DNA of 64,000 nucleotides from an uncultured Candidatus Rokubacteria bacterium (GTDB lineage: Bacteria; Methylomirabilota; Methylomirabilia; Rokubacteriales; DASRDR01). Below, in pieces: positions 1-11,032 of the stretch (its first letter is position 1; each line of letters starts with the position of its first letter). The stretch covers positions 1-64,000 of the forward strand of contig CAVPSB010000014.1 in NCBI GenBank assembly GCA_963708025.1, written 5' to 3'. A model generated the notes under the pieces. That model had not been told where the DNA came from and ran no database searches. It was given only the letters and a program-made list of their open reading frames with translations. The position numbers and the translations under genes were made by a program.

Positions 1-41
1 GCCGCGAGAGGGCGGACTCATGATCGGTCGGCCCATGCCCA

Positions 42-230
42 TCACTTGGCCGGGCGGCGGGATCGGCGGCCCGTCAGTGCGTCCTTCTACCCTCACCGCC
101 TTCTCCACGGTGCCCTTCGCCTTCCCCACCACCTGATCCAGCTGCCCCTCTCTCTTGAGGCGGTCGTCACCCGTCAGCACCCCCGCTGCCTCTTTGATGC
201 GCCCCTTGACCTGGTCACTCTTCCACCCAT
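42..230 (-). CDS. CsbD-family general stress protein (frameshifted in assembly)
   Basis: Manual translation with indel correction gives MGG-SDQVKGRIKEAAGVLTGDDRLKREGQLDQVVGKAKGTVEKAV, a typical CsbD pattern; 3' end approximate. Confidence 0.7.
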
Positions 231-317
231 GGCGCGTGCTCCCCTTCGTACCGAATCGACCGCGCGGGCGGTCGCCTCGGATGGCGTGGCAGCGCCCGTG
301 TCGGCAGGGTCGCCGCC

Positions 318-1365
318 CTAGGCCGGCGCAACGCGCAGATCGTCCTCGACCGCGCGCACGCCCGAAATCGAGCGCGCGAGCACCGCCGCTTCCAGGCGCC
401 GCGTCCCCGTGGGGACGGTCCCGGTCAGCCGCACGACGCCGTTCTTCACCTTCACCGTGACGTCCTTGAAGTCCTGGGCGTCAAAGGCCTTCTTCACGGC
501 GCCCTCCACTTCCTCGTCGCGCACCTTCACCGCCGCCTGCTTCGCGCTCGCCACCACCTGCAGTTCGTTCACGACGCGCGTGACGCCGCTCACCTTGCGG
601 GCATCGTCCGCGGCTGCGGCCTTCGCGTCCTGCGTCGGCACCATGCCGAAGAGCGTCACGACCCCGCGCCCGCGTGTCCACATTGATGTCGAGCGCCGGC
701 GTTCTCGGGTCGGCCAGCAAGCGCATCTTGGTCGCGAGGTCGATCCACATATCACTGGCCGCCGCCCCGATGCCGGACGCCTGGCTCGCGGGCGGTCGCG
801 GCGTAGGGCTCGCGCCAGATCTGGCGTCGGCCAGCATGTCGGGGCTCTGGATCTCACTGGCCACCCGCTGCACGCCGGCACCCCGGCCACCACCTCGACC
901 GCGCGCAGGTGCGCGCTCAGGTCTTTGCCGTGCCGGTCAGCAGCACCAGCCCCCTTGTTCACGGACTGGACGGAGATACCGCTTCCCGGAGGGCCGGATC
1001 GGCCTGCAACGCCTTCTCGATCCGCGTCTTGAGGGCGTCATCGGCCACCTGCACCGTCTTGACGTGCTGCGGGGCCACCACCTGCAGCAGGTTGCGCACG
1101 CCCTGCACCCCCTCGATCTTCTGCGCGACGCTTCTCCGCTTGCGCCTTCTCCCCGGCGGAGGGCACCTTGCCGTACAAGGTGACCCGGCCGAGGACGGTG
1201 TCCACGTGGATGGCGGTCCCGCTCACGCCCTCGGTGGTCAGGAGGGCCAGCTTCGTCTTCGTGGTGATCCCAGGCGTCCGGCGTGGCCGCCGCGACCGGT
1301 GCGGCCAGCGCCGCGCCCAACCCTACCGCGAGCACGCTGGCCTTGATCCATGATGGTCCGTTCAT
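318..1365 (-). CDS. Multi-BON-domain (OsmY-like) periplasmic protein, split by several frameshifts
   Basis: Signal peptide MNGPSWIKASVLAVGLGAALAAPVAA with GGAGGAG RBS; BON motifs in successive frames (IHVDTVLGRVTLYGKV, ATKMRLLADPRTPALDINVDT, VKVKNGVVRLTGTV...GVRAVEDDL). Confidence 0.8.
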
Positions 1366-1529
1366 GACTCTCCTCCTGTGTCTGGAGCGTGGGTCACAGC
1401 AGGGTCCGCCGGGCGACCGAGCGGCCGCCACGCCGTTGCGTCCTCGGCGACGCCGAGGCCAAACGCACGCTCGACGCGTTCACGCCGGGATCGCGATCGC
1501 GTGGGAACGGTACCGGTACCGTCGCTCAT
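1362..1529 (-). CDS. Possible 55-aa leader ORF coupled to the BON gene
   Basis: GGAGG 7 nt before ATG; its TGA overlaps the BON start (ATGA). Confidence 0.35.
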   Translation of the reverse strand: MSDGTGTVPTRSRSRRERVERAFGLGVAEDATAWRPLGRPADPAVTHAPDTGGES

Positions 1530-1604
1530 CCGAGACCTCCCCTGGGCTGCTTCACCACTGTCGCCTCCTCGATCTGCCGACTGGGCGTCATCTACGGCTG
1601 ACAT

Positions 1605-1621
1605 AGCAAGGCGAATGCCAT
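1605..1621 (-). promoter_or_regulatory. Putative sigma-54 promoter
   Basis: Minus strand TGGCATTCGCCTTGCT fits GG-N10-GC (-24/-12), upstream of the BON gene. Confidence 0.65.
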
Positions 1622-2194
1622 GGCCACGACTTCCGAGAGACGGCCTCGAGCGGCAAGGCCGTCGCCCCCGCCCGGGTCCTTCGCCGACAGGCGACCGCCG
1701 ATGGCGATCCTCAAGGACCCGACGCTCTTCGAGGCGGCGGAGGCCCGCGCATTCTCGGGGCCGGACGAAGCCGACAGGCAAGACGCGGTCGCCGGCCTGC
1801 CGCGCGCGCCACCACCGCGCCCTGCAGCGTCCAGGGTCCGCGGACCGGAATGCGGCGCGCATGGAGCGTTCCACGCGGCCGGCCCGAACGGCGGCCGAGC
1901 GGTATCGCTTCACTGGGGCACCGGCGCCCCGCGTTGGGTCATCCTTGCCCCACCGGAGCCGAACGTGGAGCCACCTCGGGACGAGCAAATCCGCGGAGAC
2001 GAGCCCGTCTCGACCGCAACCCCCGACGGCATCCGAGATGCACATCAAGAGCAACGGTCGCGGGAGGGGGACCAGCACGTCTCAGGTCCGCTGGACGGAT
2101 CCGACCTCGCCGAAGCGATCCGCCCGCTCATCAGAAGGAGCGTGGTTTCGTCCGGTACTCGAGGACCTCGTGGCCGAGACATGGGAAACTCGTG

Positions 2195-2740
2195 GTGTTG
2201 ATCCAGGAATTGACGAGGCAGGCGAGTCTGGATCTGCTGGCTCGCACGCGTCTCTGTCACCTCGCGTGCGCCAACGGGACCCAGCCGTACGTCGTGCCAG
2301 TTTATTGCGCCTACGACAATGAGCATCTCTACAGTTTTTCTACGGTCGGCCAAAAGATCGAGTGGATGCGCGCCAACCCGCTGGTCTGTGTCGAAGCGGC
2401 CGAGGTGGTGAGCCCGGAGCAGTGGGTGAGTGTCATTGTCTTCGGTCGTTACGAGGAGCTGCCCGATACGCCCGAATGGCAGAGCGCCCGCCGATCCGCC
2501 CACACACTGCTGAAACGGCATGCCGTGTGGTGGGAACCCGCGTATGCGAAAACGATCCTCCACGGCACGCCACGCGAGCTCGCGCCGGTCTTCTACCGCA
2601 TTCACGTCCTGCGGATTACGGGCCATCGCGCCACCCCCGAGCCGGTGACGCCGCCTGATACAAGGCTCTCGACGACCGACCCGAAAGACGGGTGGCTGCA
2701 ACACCGTCTGCGACAGGTTCGCGATAGGTTCAAGGAGTGA
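2195..2740 (+). CDS. Pyridoxamine 5'-phosphate oxidase-like flavin-binding protein
   Basis: LAC..PYVVPVY...YSFSTVGQKIEWMRANPLVCVE...WVSVIVFGRYEEL. Confidence 0.85.
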   Translation: MLIQELTRQASLDLLARTRLCHLACANGTQPYVVPVYCAYDNEHLYSFSTVGQKIEWMRANPLVCVEAAEVVSPEQWVSVIVFGRYEELPDTPEWQSARRSAHTLLKRHAVWWEPAYAKTILHGTPRELAPVFYRIHVLRITGHRATPEPVTPPDTRLSTTDPKDGWLQHRLRQVRDRFKE

Positions 2741-3187
2741 TCCAAGTCAGGGACGCGGACCCCGGGACCGCCTCCAGGACGTTCTGGAAGACGATCACGC
2801 CCATCTTGGAGGCGTAGGCCCCGCCCTCGGCGATTCCGGAACGCCTCGGTGTGGACGCGGAACCCTGACCGAGCGGGTATTTCTTCACCTCGTCGAACCG
2901 CCCCTCCTTGAGGGTCGTCTCGGCCGCTTCGTCCGGCTCGACTGCCATGTACTTCTCGCCCCGCTCGTCGGGGATCATCATCGTGCCGAGGCGGTCGACC
3001 GACTCGATCAGCGCGTTCCACGCCGCGATGGCGCGACCAAAGGCGGAGTCCGCCGCACGACGCCCGCTCTCGCGATGGCGTCCGTCTCCGCCACGGCGGC
3101 TGAAGAGAAATCTGGCAATAGTCCGCGCTGGACCATCGCCCGTCGCGCGATGACCCGCGGTGTGCCGCGGGTGGAAATCGTCCACCG

Positions 3188-3530
3188 TCACGCGTCAGCC
3201 ACGGGCCCGTCGCTTCCCGGCAGCCGGATGACCCATGTCGCACCTTTGCCGGCCTGAGAACGAAGCTCGATCGTCCCCTCATGGTCCTGCACGATGCCGC
3301 GGGTGATCCAGAGCCCGAGCCCCATCCCATTCGATTGGTCGTGTGGAATGGCTCCCAGAGGGGCACGCGGATCGCGTCGGCGGTCCCCGGACGGGCAGTC
3401 CCTAAGAGGAGGCGTACCCCTGGCGATCGGTCATCCGTGCGCGCCGTCTCGACCAGAGCGCTCCGCCCGCCGGCATGGCCTCGCGCACGTTGAGCAGGAG
3501 GCTCATCACCACCTGCCCGCCCGCGACCGG
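3188..3530 (-). pseudogene. Degraded histidine kinase HATPase C-terminus
   Basis: Fragments in different frames: QVVMSLLLNVREAMPAGG, LWEPFHTT..GWGSG, GIVQDHEGTIELRSQAGKGATWVIRLP. Confidence 0.65.
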
Positions 3531-3700
3531 ATCCCCCGGGACGTTCCATAGCGCAATCCGCCGAACAGGTACAAGATCACCACGATGATCAGGACCAGCC
3601 CGACGATTCCGACGCCGCCACCCGTCCCCCACCTGGAATATCCGTAATAGCCGCCGCCGCCGCCAAACAGGAGAAGCAAGATAAGAATCAGCAGTGGCAT
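3506..3700 (-). CDS. Small Gly-rich membrane protein (DUF3309-like)
   Basis: MPLLILILLLLFGGGGGYYGYSRWGTGGGVGIVGLVLIIVVILYLFGGLR; AAGGAG RBS. Confidence 0.7.
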   Translation of the reverse strand: MPLLILILLLLFGGGGGYYGYSRWGTGGGVGIVGLVLIIVVILYLFGGLRYGTSRGIRSRAGRW

Positions 3701-4021
3701 GGGACTCTCCTTTCTGCGGAGGCGTGTGTCAGGCATGAACATGACCCCGCGGCAGTTGCCGCTTCTCTAGAGAAGTCTTGTCAAAGAGTGTGTAAATGAT
3801 TGTGTAAATGATTCTTTTGCACACCCCTTGAGGCTACCTCTCTCTAGATCGCACAAAGTCCTCGCGCACATCCACACGCTTGCGGATCGCCCGCAAGGAC
3901 TCGTGGCCTCGCTCCGTGTTGTGGTTTGCGCCCTCTGTCGGGCATGGGTCTTCTTCCTCTGCCGTGTCTGCGATCGAGGCGATCGCTCCTGCTTGCATCG
4001 CCTACGCGCCCGATGGCCCGT

Positions 4022-4492
4022 TCAACGTGGGCCACATTGAAACGTCACGGTCTTGGTTCCGTTCGGGTTGGTCATGATGCTCGACGTCATCGGCTGCGAG
4101 CTGTATTGCAGACAGTAGGCGCCAGCGGTCTGCGACGCTTGCACCAACTCTTGATCCGTCCGATACGTGTAGCTCTGGCTGGGAGTGGTCGGCGCCGGCA
4201 CGGGAAGTGTGGTCCGCACGCATTCAAAGATCACGGCTTTGCTGCCGTCCGGATTGTTTGTGATGTTCGTGGTCCGTGGGATCGTTTGATATTGATTACA
4301 ATACGTCGTCGCGTTCTGGTTGGCCTGAAGCAGTTCCTGGTCCGTCCTGTAGTTGTAGGTCACGGTCGGGTTGCTCGACTGCACCGGCTGTTGCGACGAG
4401 GGGAACGGGGCACAGGCGGCAACGGCCCCGGCCGCCAGGAACGCGACAGCCCACACGTTCACCCTCCGGAAACAGCGAGAGATCGTGATCAT
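4022..4492 (-). CDS. Putative lipoprotein with two Cys-containing internal repeats
   Basis: Lipobox-like VAAC; two copies of Y-Y-RTDQEL-QA-Q-A--YC-QY...NP-G-K-V-F-C. Confidence 0.7.
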   Translation of the reverse strand: MITISRCFRRVNVWAVAFLAAGAVAACAPFPSSQQPVQSSNPTVTYNYRTDQELLQANQNATTYCNQYQTIPRTTNITNNPDGSKAVIFECVRTTLPVPAPTTPSQSYTYRTDQELVQASQTAGAYCLQYSSQPMTSSIMTNPNGTKTVTFQCGPR

Positions 4493-4841
4493 CTGACCCT
4501 CCTTCACGCATTCGGTGTAGGTACCCCCACAGAGTGACCCGATGTCTTCCCAAGCCTCTTCAACCGGGAGGGGCGAACCGTCAGGCGCACCCGGCTCTTC
4601 ATACTGTGTGTCTGGCTTGTGTGGGGCACAGCTATGTGCACCGGGCGACCGGGCTATCGCCGCGCCCCTGCGCCCTCGGTGGCCCCGAGATCCAACACAG
4701 ACGCTCGACGAGCTCACGCCGGGATCGCGGTCGCGTGGGAATGGGACCGGTGCCGTCGCGTATCTCAAACCTCCCCGGGGCCGCTTGGCCACCGTCGCCT
4801 CCCACGATTGGCCTCCCGGGGCGCCCCTCATGGCTCACGTA

Positions 4842-4858
4842 CGCAAGACGAATGCCAT
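4842..4858 (-). promoter_or_regulatory. Putative sigma-54 promoter
   Basis: Minus strand TGGCATTCGTCTTGCG, GG-N10-GC, homologous to the site at 1605-1621. Confidence 0.6.
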
Positions 4859-5582
4859 GGCCACGACTTCAGGGCGGACCGGCCGTCGTGCGCGAACGCC
4901 GGCGCCCGCCCGGGTCAACGGTCGACAGAAGACCGCCCATGGGGCGATTGGCACGAACACGACGCGCTCCTTGAACGGCGGGCGATTCCGGTGACACCCA
5001 CCGCGAGGATTCTGGCATCCCCCACGCGTTAACTCAGCTTCCAGGGCTTGCGAGCCGGAGCGCCCCACGCAGCCGGCCGCCACGGCGGCCGGGCCGGGTC
5101 GCCCCACTAGGGCACCGGCCCGCTACCGGGTCACCCATCCCTACCGAAGCCGCATAGTGCTCCGCCGGATGGTGGGGCACCCATGCCCCGGAGTGGCGAG
5201 ACTGCCCCACTCAAGACGACATCCCGTCGGCTTGAGGTTCGCTCGACCGATACCTGTACGGTGTACACCGACGCGCCACAGCCTTCGTCTGGCCTGAGGC
5301 GTCGAATCCGGGCCTCAGCACCCGCGCATGTTCTTCCGGGTATCTCCATTGCAGAGGTCAGGGACCTTGCGGCAGGCGGAGCTGGCTCCCTGAGCAATGC
5401 TCACCGTGATCGTCGTGCGAATGGAGGCCTGGTCAAACTACTGAGAGGGATCGGAATGCTGGTCCTCGCCGTCATGGTGGCGCCTGGGGGTGCGCGTTGA
5501 CAGCAACGAAGGAGGGAACCGGCGAGTACGTTGATGACTCCGTGATCACTGTCCGTGAACCCGCCGAGAAGGAGGGCACGCC

Positions 5583-5726
5583 ATGAATCCACTGCTTCTC
5601 ATACTTGTCGTGTTGCTTCTTGTCGGTGTCCCTGGCGGTTGGCGTTACGGCGGCCCGTACATGGGCGGTGGCGTCGGTCTGATTGTTCTCATTCTCATCA
5701 TTTTGGCTCTAACGGGCCGACTATGA
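5583..5726 (+). CDS. 47-aa membrane protein (DUF3309-like), below the ORF-track cutoff
   Basis: MNPLLLILVVLLLVGVPGGWRYGGPYMGGGVGLIVLILIILALTGRL; AAGGAGG RBS. Confidence 0.75.
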   Translation: MNPLLLILVVLLLVGVPGGWRYGGPYMGGGVGLIVLILIILALTGRL

Positions 5727-6463
5727 GGGCGAGACATCCGATCCCGGCCCTCAGGTAGCGATCGTTTCGCAGTCGCCTACGCAGTAAGGCGTGAAACATC
5801 GGCGAGGTACGCCGATAGACATTGCGGCTTGCGCGAGGCTGAAGCGGCCGCCAGTGTCAAGCGATAGTTGTGTGTGTGTGGTGTCCCTCTCTTCCTCCGT
5901 CCTCGGTCAGCGGTCCACTGCGATGGACCCACGGTTCCCGCGAGGTTGGGTCATCGTTCTATCTCGCGCTCGCCAGGGGCGAGCGGGGCTCGCCGGCGCA
6001 TGAGGGAGTCGAAGAGTGGGGGTGCGCCATCTACGCAACGGCGCTCGGACAGCGGCCACGTTGACACACGCGCTCCCCCACCCGTCGAACCCGTGCCGCC
6101 CCTCAGACGGGAGTGGTCGCCTCGGCCGCGTGGCGCAAGACCCGTGGGGGTATACGTCGTCGTCCCGGCGCTGCTGTCGCTCGGTACCGAATAGGCACCG
6201 GGTAATGGGCGAGATACGGCGGGATCGCGGGGGACAACGCTCTTGCACCGACTTCCATATGGACGCCATGATCCGGCCATTGACGACCCTCGGCTTCGGC
6301 CTGCTCTGCCCACGGTAACAACGTCCCCGGTCTCAGGGCCCCCTCTCCTGCCCATGACGGGACCGTTCGTAGTCGACCTCTCACCAATTACATGCGCCAT
6401 GGGGAAAGAAGCCGGCCCTATCGCAATAGCTACACGTGGTACAGGATGCCAGAGCTTGCCACG

Positions 6464-7139
6464 TCAGCCGCGTCGTGTTCGACGCGTCCAAAGACGATAT
6501 CCTCCAAGGAACGCGTGCGCGTTCGACCCCAGGCGGACTCCGGGCAGCCGGCCGTCGAGCTTCTTGGCGTTCCCGCCACCCACTACGACATCGTCGGCCT
6601 GAAACGCCGCTTTGAATCGCATCACGACATCGATGACATGGCGTCGCCACTTCTTCTTCCCGAGTCGCTTCCGTCCCGCATCGCCGATGTACTCCTCGTA
6701 GGTGCGTCCCTTCCGATACGGAAGGTGCGCAAGTTCCATCGGTTCCAGCACCCCGTCGACGATCAGCGCGGAGCCCAGACCGGTGCCCAAGCCGAGAAAC
6801 AACATGCGCCCGCCCCGATAGCTGCCCAGCGCCTGCATGGCCGCGTCGTTGATGATTTTGACCGGACGGCCGAACGCTTTCGTGAAGTTGAAGCCGACCC
6901 ACCCGGGCCCGAGGTTCTTCGGCTCGGCCACCGGCTTGCCGTGCACCACCGGCCCGGGGAATCCGATCGACACCGCATCGAAGCTCCAGCCCGCGGTGGC
7001 CTTGCGCACACGTCGCACCCATATCCTTCGCCTTCATCGCCGGCCCTGCCGGGATCTTGACCGGCACGCGGCGCCCCGTCACGAGCGCCTTGACGTGGGA
7101 TCCACCCACATCAATGACCAAGATGCGCGTCACTTTCAC
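6464..7139 (-). CDS. ROK-family sugar kinase / polyphosphate glucokinase-like (one frameshift near 7020)
   Basis: VIDVGGSHVK, SIGFPGPV, INDAAMQALG, LGLGTGLGSAL, MELAHL. Confidence 0.85.
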
Positions 7140-7470
7140 GTTCGGCTCGCCGCGGCCGGATAATCACGCCGTCCGGCTCGCGTCGCGGCATCGTCGCCGT
7201 CCCGTCGGACACGTGCTGGCCCGAGATTCCCGCGCCCTGGGTACCGTGCTCGGCCCCTCGAGGCGCGCAGCACGAGGAGAAAGCCGTTGAGCGTGAAGGT
7301 CAGCACGCCGGGCATCATGAATCAGACCGGTCGGAAGTTCTGTTGACACGTCGGATGGTAAGGAGAAACGGTCAGCCGGGCATTCCTTCACTGAACGAAG
7401 AGGGGACGTCTTATCGACGCGTTGGACTCTGAACGCTGTTGACAACCTGCCGCGGCGGGCGCGCCGCCCG

Positions 7471-9162
7471 TCACACCGGCTCGCGCATGGCCGCGTGGCG
7501 ATGCTCGATCAGCCAGCGCTGGCTCTCCAGGGGTTCCGTCCCCGGGTCCGGCTTCACCGGCTCGTAGGTGCCGTCGGCCCGCAGGCGGCGGGCCTTGGCC
7601 GAGTCCGCCAGATAGGTGGCCAGCACATGGTCCCGCAGGTACCGGACGAGCCGCGAATCCTGGATGGGGAAGAGGATCTCCACGCGGCGGTCCAGGTTGC
7701 GGGGCATCAGGTCGGCGCTGCCCAAGTAGAGCTCTTCGCTCCCCCCGTTGCGGAAGTAGAAGACGCGGCTGTGCTCCAAGAAGCGGCCCACGATGCTCAG
7801 CACCCGGATGTTCTCGCTCAGTCCCGTGACGCCGGGCCGCAGACCGCAGATGCCACGCACCAGCAAGTCCACGATCACCCCGGCCTTGGAGGCTTGGTAC
7901 AGCAACTGGATCATCGGCTGGTCCACGAGGTGGTTGAGCTTGAAGATCAGGTGCGCGGGCTCACCCCGGCCGGCGCGCTCGATCTCCCGTTCGATCAGGG
8001 CCTGCAGGCCGGCCCGAAGGGTGAGCGGTGCCACCAGGAACTTCTGATAGTCTCGCTTGGCCGAATAGCCGGTCAGGTAGTTGAACAGATCCGAGGCATC
8101 CCTCCCCAGAACCTCGTCGCAGGTCAGCAGGCCGATGTCCGTGTAGACCTGAGCGGTGATGGGATTGTAGTTGCCGGTGGACAGGTGCACGTACCGGCGG
8201 ATGCTCTCTTCCTCCCGGCGAACGACCAGCGCGATCTTGGAGTGGGTCTTGAGTCCCAACAGCCCGTAGACGACGTGGACCCCCTCGTTCTCCAGGGACC
8301 GCGCCCACTCGATGTTGCTCTCTTCGTCGAAGCGCGCCTTGAGCTCGACCAGCACCGCCACCTGCTTGCCGTTGCCCACCGCCTCCAGCAAGGCTTCCAC
8401 CACGGGCGAGTTGCCGCCCACCCGGTAGAGCGTCTGCTTGATGGCCAGCACGTCCGGGTCTCGGGCGGCCGCCTGCAGGAAGTCCAGGACCGGGGCGAAG
8501 GAATCGTAGGGATGGTGCAGCAGGATGTCCTGGCGCCGGATGGCGGCAAAGATCCCGCCCTCCCCGTGGAGAAGTGAAGGGGGGGATTGCGGGTCGAAAG
8601 GGGACATCCTTCAGATCGGGCCGATCCAGCGCGTACAGCTCTTTGAGGTCGCTCATGCCCAGCGGGGGGTGACGGTATAGATGTCGGCGGGGCCGACCTC
8701 CAGGTTCTCCATGAGGATGTTCCGGCTGGCCGCCGTCATGGCGGGATCCATGGTGACGCGCACGACACTGCCGAAGCGTCGTTCCCATACGCTCCGCTCG
8801 ACCGTCTCCAGGAGGTCCTCCGCCTCGAGCTCCTGAATGGCCAGCTCGGCATCCCGCGTCACCCGGAAGGGGTGGACTTCGACGATTTCCATTCCGGGGA
8901 AGAGGCGATGCAGGTTGGCGGCGATGATCTGTTCCACCCAGACGAAGAGCCGGGGTGGCCTCGTCGGGTTCTCCTCGGACGCCTCGCCCGGCACACTGAC
9001 GGGCACGAGCCGCGGCAGGGTGGCGGGAGCTTTGACGCGAGCAAACCCCTCGTGGCCCAGCGGATCACGGACGCGTACCGCCAGGTTCAGACTCATGTTG
9101 GAGATGTGGGGGAAGGGTCGGCCAGGGTCGTAGGCCATCGGCGTCAAGATGGGGAAGATCAT
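7471..9162 (-). pseudogene. ppk1: Polyphosphate kinase 1, N-terminally truncated by an IS end; frameshifts near 8600-8660
   Basis: [68 protein letters not shown]. Confidence 0.9.
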
Positions 9163-9253
9163 CCGGTAGTGTCCGAAAACTCAGCCCATGCTCGGGCTCA
9201 GGCCGCCCGGTGGTAGTACCGCAACAGCCCGCCCAGCCGGTCCCGACAGCGGA
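9163..9253 (-). mobile_element. Terminal remnant of the integrase-core element also present at 19043-19133
   Basis: Near-identical to 19043-19133 (GTAGTGTCCGAAAACTCA...; encodes [17 protein letters not shown]). Confidence 0.85.
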
Positions 9254-9539
9254 ACTGAGTCCGCCAGCGCCAGGTATGTTGCATCGACGACGATGCGCAC
9301 AAATCGGGCCCGTGGAAATCAACTGTACAGACAGATGTCGAGTTGAAGCTGCGGCAGGCCAGCCTTGCAGTCGTCGCGGCAGAAGCAGGCGACGCATTGC
9401 TGGAAGTCGATCTGGTCGTACTGAAGCGCGATGACGAGCCGCGCTATGCCTATGCGATGAAGTTTCAGTTGTTGCAGAAAGTCATCCTAGAATAGTCACA
9501 GTAGGCGGCGATCACCTCGATCGCCGAGAAGATCGGGCC

Positions 9540-9642
9540 TGCCCGGTCCTTCATTCGCCAGCTGGCCGAGAGCCACTTGACGCGACGTCTCTTTCGGCAA
9601 ATCCTGGGGTGCATCGAGCGACGGGCGTGGCACCCGACCTGA
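9540..9642 (+). mobile_element. Transposase C-terminal remnant (IS1380-like)
   Basis: RSFIRQLAESHLTRRLFRQILGCIERRAWHPT* resembles IS1380-type tails (from recall); second copy GCVERLAWHPT* at 9901-9936. Confidence 0.5.
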
Positions 9643-10093
9643 GCCCAGAGTCTTCCACTGACGCGGGGGCGACGGAATGCTGGGAACGCTCCGGCGAAGC
9701 CGTCCCGAACGGCCCGGTCGGGGAGATCTGGTGCGGAAGGACGAGCTTGATCATGACCTCGGCCTTGCGATACTGCTCTTCGCCGGGAGGGCCGGACGGG
9801 GAAATGAGCGGCCCGACGGGATGACTCGCTCGTGCAACACGCTGGCGAGGGCAGCACTGCGGCCATATCGGGACCCCCGTGTTAGTTAGACCGATCCCTC
9901 GGGTGCGTCGAGCGGCTTGCGTGGCACCCAACCTGAGCGCGAGTGCGGCACCCGGAGCGAGGGCGATGAGAAATCGATTCAACTGGCGGGGGTGTCTCGG
10001 ACGGGTTGGCCGGGGCGGGGCAACGTGCGAAGCACTGTGTTGCACGCCGTCCCTGCTCGGCGAGAAAGCCTTACGCCACTATCGGACATTTCG

Positions 10094-11032
10094 GTGAAAG
10101 ATCTTTATCGGTACGTTTGGAAGGTGAGTGGTCGGGATCAGGTCATCCTGTCAGTGCTGTCGGTCGCCCTGTTCCTTCTTGAGCTCGCACCACTCGAGCT
10201 TCAGCGACGTATCGTCAATGGTGCGGTCGCTCACCACGAATTCGAGCTCATTGGGCTGCTCTGCCTCCTCTACGTCGCGGTGACACTCGTGCAGGGGAGC
10301 CTCAAACTGATCTTGAACATCTACCGAGGTTCCGTGAGCGAGGCCGCGAATCAGCGCCTGCGCCTGGAACCAAACTTGATCGCGGTCGCCCGTGCCGCAC
10401 CTGGGGGCGAGTCAGAGGATGAAGGCGTCGCGATCTCGATCATCGTGTCTGAGGTGGAGGCGGTCGGGGGCTTCATTGGCAGCAGTTTCTCCGAGCCCTT
10501 GCTTAACGGCGGCATCCTGCTGAGCGTGTTCGGCTACATGATCTTCATGCAGCCATGGATGGCCGTCGTCGCGCTCCTGCTGTTCTGCCCGCAGTTCTTG
10601 TTCATTCCGTTTTTGCAGGGAGCGATCAACCGCCGCACAAAGGTACGCATCGAGACCCTGCGGGCACTCAGCGTCGACATTGTCAACGAGACGGCCGATC
10701 CAGCGGGCGCGCGTACAGAGAAGACGTACCGGCACCGGGTCAGCGATGTATACCGGTTGAACATGGAGATCTTTCGCCGCAAGTTCGGCATGAACTTCTT
10801 GATGAACCTGCTGTATCACTTGGGCATCATTGGCATCCTGTCTGTCGGCGGGTGGCTGTTGCTTCACGGGAAGACTGAGGTGGGCACGGTCGTCGCCTTC
10901 ATTTCGGGACTTAACCGAATGAACGACCCGTGGGGCGACTTGGTGAACTACTTTCGCGACCTGACGAATGCGGGCGTGAAGTACCGGATGATCGCTTCGG
11001 CGCTGGACAAGCGGTTGGCCGAGCCAGCGTGA
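10094..11032 (+). CDS. ABC exporter transmembrane-domain-only protein
   Basis: LYRYVW...PLELQRRIVN, several TM helices, GTVVAFISGL.RMNDPWGDL; no NBD. Confidence 0.8.
   Translation: MKDLYRYVWKVSGRDQVILSVLSVALFLLELAPLELQRRIVNGAVAHHEFELIGLLCLLYVAVTLVQGSLKLILNIYRGSVSEAANQRLRLEPNLIAVARAAPGGESEDEGVAISIIVSEVEAVGGFIGSSFSEPLLNGGILLSVFGYMIFMQPWMAVVALLLFCPQFLFIPFLQGAINRRTKVRIETLRALSVDIVNETADPAGARTEKTYRHRVSDVYRLNMEIFRRKFGMNFLMNLLYHLGIIGILSVGGWLLLHGKTEVGTVVAFISGLNRMNDPWGDLVNYFRDLTNAGVKYRMIASALDKRLAEPA

Noticed and set aside
5000-6400. Several short ORFs in this interval
   Set aside because: No recognisable motifs apart from 5583-5726; probably degraded sequence
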